Position numbers and translations under genes: made by a program. Under the pieces are notes generated by a model. That model ran no database searches, was not told the origin of the DNA, and saw only the letters and a program-made list of their open reading frames with translations. A DNA stretch of 64,000 nt from Balanoglossus misakiensis (lineage: Eukaryota; Animalia; Hemichordata): contig CM082578.2 in NCBI GenBank assembly GCA_040954595.2, positions 11,043,166 to 11,107,165 of the forward strand, in the 5' to 3' direction. Below, one piece after another: positions 52,366 through 64,000 of the stretch; the stretch's first letter is position 1, and each line of letters opens with the position of its first letter.

Positions 52366-53352
52366 AAAAAGTCCGCTACCATGCCAACCCGCTCAGATAA
52401 TTTCCTAGCGCTGGAACAAATTGACACGTCGCAACGGATCTAGAAAGTGAGTCGACACACGCTCGGCTAGGCCCAGGCAAAGAAAGTGACTAGCACTCCG
52501 CGCAAATCATGTGGCACTTTTGTTTAATTTATGCACGCTTGGTGGGAAAATAACAATCACGATGCCAGTTTGATATCGTTCAGTTCGAAGCATATAATGA
52601 AAGTCGATTATTCAATCTTCCTGGCGATTCACCAGTAAATTAGTAAAGCGGCGACATATAATTTGTGTGTTAAAAAAATAAAATACCGGTTGCGCGTTTT
52701 TTCACACAATTATATACAAAAATTGTATATAATATTTTATATATTCAATCCGCCACGCTGCTATAGACGAACTTGAGAATCCTCCATTTCGTTGACATTA
52801 TACAAAATAGAATACAGAGCTTATAACAAACAATGATGAAGACAGATACAAATCATATGCAATTCATAAATACAGGTATGCAAAGAGGATTTGCGCCTAA
52901 ATTTTTAATTAGCGAACTTGCAAACGGGCATCGAATGATTAAACTGTTGCGCAGTCTAATTAAATACCCGCACGTCCTTCTTTTTCTGGGATTTCTGATT
53001 CGCTGTCTCTGGCTTTCATTTGCATATGTTAAATATTAATACGCTCTCTTTGTATGGGCAAAGCGTCAGCTGAGTTTCTATTTTATTTAATCGCGCTACC
53101 GTGTCCAATTAATTTGCAGTGGAGCCTGTTCTGTCGCGAGCGCCGGCGAAGGTTCGACAAATGCGTCGCTTGTCCCTGGCCAGTAGTCTTCTCGCTGAAC
53201 GCATGCGCTCTGTCCACACCTCGAAGTGATATCGGCTGTCTGGGCGAAGAGTGTCAGTGTCATTCTGTGCTCATTTTACTATTCATCCACGTCATAGCTG
53301 TTTCTTAATATTTATCAAGTTCCTTTTTTTACTTTTTGACGTGGGCAACACC

Positions 53353-56300
53353 ATGTTGGGAATCAATCCCCACAACGGCGGGAAAAATAACTACGACATC
53401 AAGTCGCTGGTGTACTTCGTCCACGTCAACGAAGATATGCCGCAAAAGGCGCAGACGCCGGCCGAGATTCTGTACCTGACGGCCGTGGACAGGGGAGACA
53501 AAAAGGCCGTACTTGTTGCGCTGGAAAACCAACACAGTTTGAACATAGACTGCGTCGACAGTGATGGGCGTAACGCCCTCCTCATTGCCATTAAAAATGG
53601 CAACCAAGGTGAGTAGAAAATGCAGAACACGTTTATATTCTATTCTGGTATTTTTTCTTTCGTCTTTGCTACTGTGTCATTTCTTGGTAAAAGAAATTCT
53701 CCGGCATCCTCCCTGCAGGAACTGATGCAGGTCTCACATTAGGGTGTTTCAGAAACAAACAAACAAACAAACAAACAAACAAACAAACAAACAAACAAAC
53801 ATACAAACAAGCAAGCAAGAAAGGAAGCAAAAGACAAACAAAACATTTAATCCGATTCGCAAAAGACGTTTCTTTACCCCCGAAATAAACAACTGGTCGA
53901 ACGAAATTGTTCTTTGCATTAAACATGTCAAGGTGATTGCAATTAGTCCTAATTAATAGAGAGCTTTGTTCATGATCCGTAGGGCAGGAAACTGTGACAA
54001 ATATTGCCGATGTATTCCGAACGCTAATGTATAGTACAGATGGTTCAAAAAATGATCGACCAAAATGGGCATGAAAGAGGCCTAGAATGTGACAGCTTTC
54101 TTAAATTGGTATGCTCCATCGTCGTCTCAAAATGACAGATCTCAGTGCTCACAAGTTGCTGGGACAAATAGCCTCACTTAAATGCACGTATGATGTAACG
54201 CATCTGATGCGACCCAGAAATTACGGGACTTCGGAGCATTTGAGCGTCATGCGCGGGGAGTGCTGTCCGGGGGCTCCATCCAGCGATAGCAACTTCAGCG
54301 CGTTTCAGTGAGGTGATCGATACAATACAATACATGTACATGTATAGCGAAAGGTCGCCGAAAATCATTCACAGATAACACCATGCCCCTTCAAGCTGCA
54401 TTGCTGTCTTTCTCTCCGACTTTTCAATCGTGTTCAGTGCGCGGTTTATCTGATGCCATTTAACCATGACAACGGCAAGGCAATCAATCTGGATAATTAT
54501 TTCACGACAGAGTCGTTTTGCATAATGCCCACACATGTGTGTTTACATCAATGACATTGCTGGTTCAGCGAAAAAAAAACACGATGCACATTTTATAACC
54601 GAGAAAGGGTTGTTAGATTTTATTTATGTTTTAAGAATGGCAACCATATTCGGTAAACAAGGATCATTCGTCGATTTAAGATCAATAACATCCATTTATA
54701 TACCCTTGTTGATACTACACAGTTCTCAGTTTTAATCAAGTGGCTATCTAACCCAGACTATACTAAAGCTTTCATCAACTCAATCCATTTGCACAGTTTT
54801 AACCCATGCAAACCCATTCTGTACATTTAACCCACAATACCCAAGAATTCCACATTAAAAAAAACCTACACTTACTTTACACACCTCATGTCTTATGTCA
54901 TTTACATATTCGGTAAGCAGAGTTCAATGGAAACGGGTCGAGATAATTGACTGACACGTAACTTGGGGGACGCAATAAGTGCGGGTGTAATGCCAAACCT
55001 GATGTAACGCCAGTGTTGGGTTCGTACCAGTAAAAAAAAAGAAAAACGTGACGGTTCCTTCGCCGTAGATAATTAATCATATGTGTCAACCAGGTTTGTC
55101 AATATTGAGAGCAATCTAGTATATCGAATTTGTTGAACGAAATTCTTTCAGCAGTGCAAGCTTATTACTCAGTGCGTACAACGTTTTTAGGGTGTGCGTG
55201 TGTGTGTTTTGCTTTGTTTCTCCTGGTCCGACCGCCGGACGGATATTTGGCTTCGAAATGGAAATCGTTTATCTGTGGCAAACCCCTATGCCCCTGTGGT
55301 CGAATGTCGTGCGCTCTGATCACCCCTTACATGCATGCCGATGCAAAAGTGTGCCAGAAATGGTTCCACCAAGCAAAACATGGTTACTTTTGATTTAAAA
55401 ACGTTCAAGTGTCAAGCAAGAAACTTTATTATTAATACCCCCCACCGAACGACCCCATCTTCAGTGTTCACGGGCTTACGGTGGGAAACATACTGAAACG
55501 GTGACCATTATCTCAAAGCCGACAGAACTGTACAGCAAATGCTGATAGCGATCAAAAAACCTAAACAGACACGACTCGATAACCTTGATCTCTATATTGT
55601 TTCGTAGTCCTCTCCGATCAGCAGCCGGATTACAAAACATTTAAGTACAGAAACGTGTTTTCGCGCATTCAAGCCTGCACGGTCGCTCTTCGGTGTCCTT
55701 GAACGGGTCAGACCGATCGGCGAGAAAGTGAGCGATGCATTAAAAATGGGAAGGGGGAGGGCTTTGTCTTAGTATTGGTCTAATTGGTTAGTTTTTACTC
55801 GCTGCAGATCGGCAGTTCTGATCGACTGCGTTTTTCAATTATTCCTAATGGCGTTTCTCAGGGAACATCAACTGCCTACGCATCATCATCTTCGACCAAA
55901 AACGCAAAGCACGGCGTGGTACAAAAATTAATAAGCCCTCACATTTGGAATGTATTTGTGTAAAGGTTAAATGACGTTCCCTGGCTCAGCCCAGTTCGTA
56001 TTAATAGCATTGACTTGGTGATCTATGATTAATGAAAGTATAGTTGCTATTACTTCTATTTTAGATCAATCATTCGAATGCCCCCATACGCGTACACGCG
56101 CGGCAAATCATCAAAGCTTCCAAACCAACGACGTCATTGCTATCTCTCGCAATTATATCGTTTTCGTCACAGTGACGGGTCATCCCGGAACGTTGTTCTA
56201 CCGCTATATATTCCCAGGGGTGACGTTTGTTATGTTATATAACTCGATGCACCCTCGTTTACTTGCAATATGCGAAATTTTAATGATCTGATCAATTATG

Positions 56301-58017
56301 TCAATCGCTAATTACTAAATTGCATCGATGAGTGTAAATTGGTCAAATGAAGTATAGGGCCTTATCTAAGGCGAAGGCCAACTGCGGTGAGGCTTATAAG
56401 GCTTATTTCAGCACCAATCCATGCACTCCAAATTCGCTGGTGGCGGGGAGGAAGGGGGATGGCGGTAACTCCACACATGTTGCATATCATGTGGGCTACA
56501 CTCACCCTATGTGTAAAACCTGCAATTGTTGCTAATGGTCAGTATCGATGCAGGCGCAATGAGATCACCACGTCCACACGATCCGGTGCATATATAATCC
56601 TTTGGCGGCAAATAATCAGGCATCCCTGGATAGTGAGAAACAGCCAAACGACACGGCATGGCTCTGTGCATACATTTGCATAATTTAGCCACGTCAACAT
56701 ATCTTCCAATCCCCAAAATTAATACTGATCATGTACCTAGTAGAGATAATACCTTTCATTACATTTGCACAACGTTCCATTGGTGGTGCAATGGACAAGA
56801 AATGTAAGATTTCACTTCATTTTGACTTACATACCCGCAGCACTAGGCCACGACACGTTTGCATATTTGCTGTGGGGAGCCTAGGTCAGGGGTCCTTATT
56901 TAGTGTTTGATGCTCAGACATACATCATTTTGCATCCCAATCAGTGGTTAACAGAACTTGCATGAATACTGTACACACATACTCATCAAGCACATACATG
57001 TATACATGCATGGACTCTTTTAATTCTGAAAGCAATAGCTAAACTCGTTGACATCTTTGCATGTGACAGACTTCAATTTAAAATAACCCGAGCTGAGTCG
57101 TCTCAAGGTCATAGATTAATATTAGTTTCAAATACCCAGATGGCGATTTCCTAGTCAACTAATTGACAGCTTGCATTTCGTATTTAGTCAAAGCTTTTAG
57201 TTTGGTATGGATAAACCCACAGAGAGAGAGAAATTATGCAAGTCCGCGATTTCTGAGGTGATTATTTGGAAGTAATGCTCTTTAGTGCGTCATTGGAAAC
57301 ATTAAAAACCGAACAAAGCGAAATATTGAAACCGGCCCTTCTGAGACTATAGTGTTCTCCCCAGAGCAATTAAAGCATGGTGGCCACCACTCTTTAATTT
57401 TGAGAAGACAATAGAACTTAATTAATATAGCAATTGATTATAACACTGGACTGCCTTGCCTCGGATCGTTGTATTCGGGCGAACAGGTTAGGTCTGTTCC
57501 AGAACACCACGAGAAGTATGTAGGCACCAATCCAACCCAATCTGATTAAAATCAGATGTAGGGAACGGCGACGTGGTTTTTTTATGATGTCGCCTCGTGT
57601 AAGGTTAATAGAGAATCTAAATTTTGTTGCGATACAGAGAGAAGAAAGAACGTGTAAAAAATCATTCTTTAAAAATATTAATAGTGTAAAGTTGGTGGGT
57701 TGCAAAGAGATTTGGTAGGGATTACTGGAAACATGCGTATTATTGGCCTTGTAATTGCATAGTTTTGTGTGCTTTCTTCGATCATCATGTTTACGTTTTA
57801 TTTCAATTGAAACAGCATGTATTCAGTCGTCGATACGGTCAGGGACAGATGAAGGTCCCTCTTCTGAGTGAAGTCTGTTTCTGTGGTGAAAACAATACTT
57901 TGAGTGGTTCGTAAACACCCTCGATACTGTAGGGTATGATACTTGTGTTAAAACTAGGGACTAATAGTAATACACCCCAAAAACGAAATTTTCCAAACCC
58001 CAAACTGCCTAGAAAAA

Positions 58018-58063
<46 letters not shown>

Positions 58064-59107
58064 CTTGCTACACTAGACTTATTCCAAAATCACACGGTGA
58101 CCTGCAGTGGCGCATACTGCATGGCGCATATGCTACCGGTACTTTTATGTTTAGTTGTAATTATGCCCCCACCCCAAACTGTGTTTTCTGTCAAACCAAA
58201 GACGACTTGCTCCATATTTTTCTCGAGTGTATTCGGTTAAATCCTCTTTTCAAGATCATTCGTACCTTGTGTCAACGCATCCTGGGTACTGTGTGCAAAA
58301 TTCCTTATTGGTGGTTCATTTTAGGGCCAGTCTGTAACAAAGATGTTACAAAACATACCAGCCCCCTTTTAATGTTTCTTTTTGTTACTGCTAAACTCTC
58401 AATTCATATTACCCGTCACATAGCTCTTACTGAAGGAATCTCAAACCAAAGCTTTTCCCTTGTCGATCTCTTTAAAGTCCGTGTACGTTCTCGTTTAATC
58501 AATGAATTTACCTACTACAGAAACTGCTCAAAAACTGACGTCTTTATAAACATGTGGTGCATCAATAATGCCTTGGCTTCAGTTCATGAAGGAAACTTAA
58601 ACATTGCTACAATTTTATCGTAATCACTTGTACTAGTTCTGTGTAATAATGATAAACACTTACACACACGCTTTCATTGGAGCAATAGGCTACAATGCTG
58701 ACGTTTGGGATTGGGCTCCGTACTCCTCACGGGAACCATCCCAACATGGTTCGCCCATTCGTCAGAGGGTTACACACTTTTTTCTCATTTCAGCCTCATT
58801 ACTGCTGTAACGTTCCCGTCGTCTAACCTAGGATACATCTCTGCCGTCAACCCTACAGTACATCTCGGCCTTCAACCCTGTATTACATCTATGCTGTCAA
58901 CCCTGCAGTACATACATGTAGCTGCCGTCAACTCTGCAATACTTCTCTGCCGTCAACCCTGGACTATGTATCAGTTGTAAATCCTTCAACCCTGGAATAA
59001 TGTTCACTTTGAATTATTTTAGTCTGAATTTTTGAATTCTTTTGCATTTCAATAAAGTGTAAATAATTTTTATATTACGCAATAAAGGATTATTTTCAAA
59101 AGTCAAA

Positions 59108-59181
<74 letters not shown>

Positions 59182-62100
59182 CAGCCATATTTCTCGGCCA
59201 ACAACATAAGGAGACCAATTCGGCAATTAACATGTGCGCCATATGCCCAACATCATAAAACATACTTTGAGTATATACAAATATAGCAGAATCATTTGCT
59301 CTCCGCCTGGTTATTGAAGTGCCTTGATATGAGTAGTGCGGTTGGTTAGTTCCCGCCAAAACTACAATAAACTATTTTCTTTTAGTATTTTAAAATTGGT
59401 TATTTTCATTGTTTTTCCGTAGTTTTGAGCTTACCTACATGTATCCCTTGTTTTTGCTCCGATACGTACACGGAAACGAATTCCGATTATTTCTTAGCCA
59501 ACTTTTTCACTTTTATGGTCATATTTGTCATCGTGTTTTGCTGTTACTGTTTCAAAACATGTTTTCATTTGACAAGGAGCTTATGGGAAATGAAATATTG
59601 TTGTTAATATGACAAAAATACAAATGACCTCTGACCTCTCTTTATAAGCCAGGAATAACCCGTAACGGTAGGTTCTATATTAAACCTGTACACGATGACC
59701 AGCAATTTTTCTGATCGAAGGTTAAACGAGAATGATGAATTATCACAGTGTTTCTCCTGACGCAGATATTTATATCTGGCGATAAGATAGAGAACATGTA
59801 CATTGTACACTATATCGTTCTGAAATAGACAAATTCATGGTATATGAATATAAACTACACAGGGAGATTTGCAGGTGAAAATTATTAAACAAAACAACAA
59901 CAGCAACATTGAAATTAGTGAGAAATCGACATTTTCCATCTCCGTTATACAGCGGGCAGCGTACAAAGTACGCCCTTATTAACCTAATTTGCATCATTGG
60001 CTAGTACGTACACCAATTTGAAAGTCTTCTGTACAGGTAATATTTACAAGGGTTGAATATAACGCTTTCCACAATTTTGGAGGAAGGGGTTGAGATTGCT
60101 GTAGATCTACTAATGTATAACTGTTTACATGTCAGCCCTTGTTGAATCACCTGTTAGACCTTCGACCGTTTTGCAGATATGGCACTGTGATTGTCTTCAT
60201 AAAATATCAGGCAATGAATAAAAAGAAACGAGGAGTGAAATAGAGCTGGCATGGCATAGAGTCTGCCACGAGGGAAATTACAGTGCTCGTATGACATAAA
60301 GTACTAGGCACCAGTGAAACGTATCAGCGGAACTTCACACGAAGTGTCACGTGAGTCAATGAACTATTTTATTAATTCCTCATCACGTAATTGTTTGCAG
60401 ACGACCGTGGCACGCAATGGTCTCTCCATGTATTGACAACGTTATCCTATACCCAGAACAGCATCCGACAGTCGATGGGACAGTCGACGGGAAGTTATCG
60501 TTGATTGAACAGACCTCCGGTCCACGCGTCTGCCGCCGTTTCAAGGCACAATTTAAATCTCTTGCATGTCCATTGACATCTTTCACGTATTAATTTCACC
60601 CTGCATGAATTGGCAGTGGGGGGGGGGGGGGGGATTTCTTATCTTACTTTTAAAAGCAGAGTTTTGCATTGAGCTTGACTGATGTCGCGATTAAACATGG
60701 CGATGCTGTATCCTTGCGATAATGACGTTGGCAGTCAGTTGCTCTGCATAACAATGCTTGCGTTGGGATATTCATCTTTTGGAGGGAAATTTGTCGGAAA
60801 TGCTGCAGATCGTTCTCAATATCACTGCGATTCCACTGGACTAGGTTATCAGAACTGCTGTAAGGGGGGAGGGATTCGTGAACCTGAACTGGAAATTTTA
60901 ACTCTAGCCAGAGTACCTTGCATCCATAAATGGATTGCATGCAGTTAAATAAATAAGGTTCATTACTCGTATATTCTAAAAATAACAGTATTGAAACAAA
61001 ATACTAAAACAATAAAGAAAATCAAGAAAATAATCAATATGGTAGAATATTAATATGCAGAGGCATGTATATGATATTGAATTACCGGAAAATGGAATGA
61101 AAGCGAGCACAAACTGCTTCAAAATCTAAAAATGAGCGGAGAAGAGAAAATATGCAATAGGAAATCATTTTGTCTGTTGGCGAAATATAATCACTGAAGA
61201 ACAGTATAACTTCTCAGCTATCTCGGAGACCTATCTTTCGACTTATATTAACCAATACGCCCGAGATCAGAATGAATCTATAGCATGTACCTGCCACACA
61301 TGATTTCGAACAATTTACTTCATCTTCGGCAGTAGGAGTAAAAATAAGTAGTTATCAGTACACCTCGGGACAGGCTCGAGTTTTTGCTTCGTCCTCAGGC
61401 TGTGTTTAAATGAATTGAACTTGTCCCGCTGGTATAGATATTAATTGGAATGACGAGAAATAACGGAGAAAATGACGTCATGCATTTTGCGCCAAACACG
61501 ACGTGACGTGAGCCTTAGAATTTGAATGCTTACAGGTCAGTGACCTGTAGGCATGCCTAACTACACAGTAGGCATGGCAACGGGCATAATGACAATAAAG
61601 AGCTTCTTGCAGCGGTCACAAGTAAATTTAGTTTTAACTCCGAGTAAATAGGTTATCATATGTGGGAATGTGGTTAAGAGAATCAAACAACTGATGTTGT
61701 CACGGTGCCATGTTTGAGTACTGTAAATACATGTCAGTATACCTGTATGACTCTGGCAAATAGACATGGAAAATAATAAGATGGTTTAATTTATGTTGGG
61801 AATGAAAGTAAACAGGATAGCTTATACAGCGGCACAATTGACATCACCACCCTTGAACTTCTTCCGTCGGAACAACGTCATTTCTCTCAGTATTTGCTAT
61901 GTTCTGACAGTGTCTCTTGTTTCCCTGTCTCTGTCTTCCTGTCTCTGTGTGTCGACAATTACTTCGAAACTGTACCAACACACGCATCTCGGATGCATAG
62001 CTCTGAAGGTCACATCCATTGACATATGAACTATGTGCCCCAGAATATTAAATACTGACCGTACCCTAAATCATAATGATACAAGTTTCCACCGCATGAT

Positions 62101-64000
62101 TTTGATTGATTGAGAGTGGTACACCTTAATTGTAAACAGTATAGTACCATTTTCCCCCGACCCGTCAAATTGTGCCAGAGGTGTTTACATTTGTATAACA
62201 CGTTTACTGATGTGTAAATATTGAGCTTGTCTCGCCAACCCAGCTGTTCGCTTTCTCCCCTTGAAATATGAGTTTACAATTCATGATACCAATATGCACA
62301 TATCTTTTTTTAAATATACGGTTTCTACTGGTACATGATCGGGGATACAATAGAAAGGTCCTGCGCTTGTCATATCAGCCCGTCTATATGCTCATTGTAA
62401 CCAGGCGCACGCAAGCCTTATTGCTGCTGGCCAACGTTTGCTGGTTGACTGGTGCTGTTGCCGTTGCGTTTATTTTTAGAACGTTTTTTTTTGTTTTGCT
62501 TGCATGTACACGGGCCCAACTAACAGCACTAGACCGTAAGATCAGAGCTATCAGTAACTGCAGTAAATCATTGTACACCAGCTGCAACATTTCTAAACAT
62601 CGCTGCTGCATATACATGTACATGTAGGTTGACTGATCGAGAAAAAAAGGAAAATCAGTGACAGTCACATTTGCTATGTCCAAGTGTCTTCAAGTTTCAT
62701 TTCCAGATGGTGGAGCCATCTATATGTGGTAAAAGCAGGAGTTGTCGGTAGTCTGCATATTAACTGGACGGATTGATGGATAGATGGATGGATGAGACTA
62801 AATATATCTGAGCACATGTACGCCCGTACCATTCGTCTATTCTTAGGTTTTGTTCGTACATCCATTTCAGTGCATTGTCTGGTCTGCTTGACAGGGCTTT
62901 GAGGAAATTGAAGTCGACCTGCGCTGGTCGGTAAACGTCACGTGCTCCGCCACACAGGGTTTTATGACGTCACCATGGCGCTTTTAGAAAAATTACTTTC
63001 AGTCTCGGGTTCGATAAAATTAAAAAAAATGCTGCCCTTTTATAATGCATGGGAGATTAGGTAAAAAGTCATTTCAGTGAGAAAATGGTGTTTTGACATT
63101 TCGGGAATGATTTAAATGGCACTGTTATTACACAAGTAGGCATCTAAAGTGCGCAGCCGTGAACCGTTCTCGATGAGAAGTCTCGTATACACACACGTAC
63201 TCACGACATCTGTAAACATCTCGAGACTTCTTTGTTCTTTGTGTGATTGTGGTGCAATGTTTTAAAAACTACACCGTGCCTGTAAAGACAAATGTGGTTC
63301 GAACAGTAGAATGCTCTCAGAGAGTAACACGTGCAGAATGACTGATTGACTGACTGACTGACGGACTGAACGATCGAATGAATGAATGAATGAATGAATG
63401 AATGAATGAATGAATGAATGAATGAATGAATGAATGAATGAATGAATGAATGAATGAATGAATGCGGCATGTTGAGAAGATAGGTGGAGGAGCAATGAGA
63501 TGAAAGTGACAGACAGGCAGGCAGACAGACAGACAGACAGACAGACAATCACATTGTGTTAGCAAAATTTACATGGACATAATAATGATACACAGTAATT
63601 CAGGACACCAATAGGGTACTTGATGATAGCATCACAAATTGAAAATGACATTGTTGAAAGTAATGATGCAGGAAATTAATATAATGTTCGGTTACTATGG
63701 AGACGATCTCTCTTAACGGAGGTGGCTGATATCGCGAATGGAGTGCAATGACAATATGGACGTATATATAGCTGTTTGAGTTTTGAGTGGTGGCGACGAT
63801 TTTCATATAGGACTGCATGAAGGTGGACAGTACTGCCGGAAGATAACGCAATTTTATTCCAGTCTACTTTCTAGCCTAAGCAGGGTTTATTCATGGGTAT
63901 GTATGTATTCATTTGCAGACCTCGTGAAAATATTACTGGAAAAAGGCGTTGCAATCAGAGACGCGCTTCTACACGCTACAGATGTACAGTTTACACTTGC
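53353..64000 (+). CDS. TRPC-family (short transient receptor potential) channel, N-terminal ankyrin region; runs off the window
   Basis: Exon 53353-53608 encodes ...TPAEILYLTAVDRGDKKAVLVALE...LNIDCVDSDGRNALLIAIKNGNQ with donor G|gtgagt. It joins in phase 1 to the exon starting 63919 (atttgcag|), DLVKILLEKGVAIRDALLHATD. This matches the TRPC pattern FLxAVERGD..NINCVDPLGRxALLIAIENEN..LL....DALLHAI. The true start codon is uncertain. Confidence 0.85.
53753..53800. repeat. (AAAC)n microsatellite
   Basis: About 12 units followed by degenerate copies. Confidence 0.95.
58018..58062. repeat. (ATG)15 tract at the 5' junction of the retroelement
   Basis: Direct read. Confidence 0.95.
58063..59107 (+). 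mobile_element. 5'-truncated non-LTR retrotransposon, L1/Tx1-like: ORF2 C-terminal zinc-binding region plus 3' UTR
   Basis: Open frame to 58623: LIPKSHGDLQWRILHGAYATG...CVFCQTKDDLLHIFLECIRL...TAKLSIH..R...F...WC. This is the post-RT CxxC..HxxxxC region typical of Tx1-like ORF2. AATAAA at 59051 and 59081, then (ATG)n. Confidence 0.8.
58838..59000 (+). repeat. Imperfect tandem repeat of about 24 nt in the retroelement 3' UTR
   Basis: About 6 units with core (CT)GCCGTCAACCCT, e.g. ctctgccgtcaaccctacagtacat / gccttcaaccctgtattacat / gctgtcaaccctgcagtacat / gccgtcaactctgcaatac / gccgtcaaccctggactat / ccttcaaccctggaataat. Confidence 0.8.
59108..59179. repeat. (ATG)24 tract at the 3' junction of the retroelement
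   Basis: Direct read. Confidence 0.95.
63340..63547. repeat. Compound tetranucleotide microsatellite (GACT)n-(GAAT)n ... (CAGA)n
   Basis: (GAAT)n 63376-63463 flanked by short GACT and CAGA/CAGG runs. Confidence 0.92.

Noticed and set aside
58838-59000. Spaced repeats superficially like a CRISPR array
   Set aside because: Eukaryotic context, degenerate tandem units without unique spacers, no cas genes, and located in a retroelement 3' UTR.

Overview
Intron-rich animal genomic DNA. It is probably a marine invertebrate (inferred from gene content and composition; not determinable exactly). Positions 1-20 kb are essentially non-coding. Hand-spliced gene models follow, all with GT-AG junctions and consistent exon phases: (1) a small orphan multi-TM ORF (-, 20392-20670); (2) a 21-exon plexin-like receptor (+, 22191-31069, about 1360 aa) with a complete Sema/PSI/IPT ectodomain and TM helix, whose GAP/RBD cytoplasmic module is replaced by a short tail with two canonical ITAMs; (3) three tandem 6-exon nicotinic-type Cys-loop subunits (+, 32211-42466) that lack the loop C vicinal cysteines and most acetylcholine-binding aromatics; (4) SLC25A20 carnitine/acylcarnitine carrier (-, 43415-46104) with an intact duplicated alternative first coding exon (46753-46845) carrying a His-to-Tyr change; (5) a divergently transcribed choline-monooxygenase-like Rieske oxygenase with a likely mitochondrial presequence (+, 48618-50990); (6) the start of a TRPC-like channel (+, 53353 to beyond 64000), whose 10.3-kb intron holds a 5'-truncated Tx1-like retroelement embedded in an (ATG)n tract. 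Top candidates for novelty: the plexin-ITAM receptor, the ligand-divergent nAChR triplet beside carnitine/choline-handling genes, and the duplicated SLC25A20 first exon.
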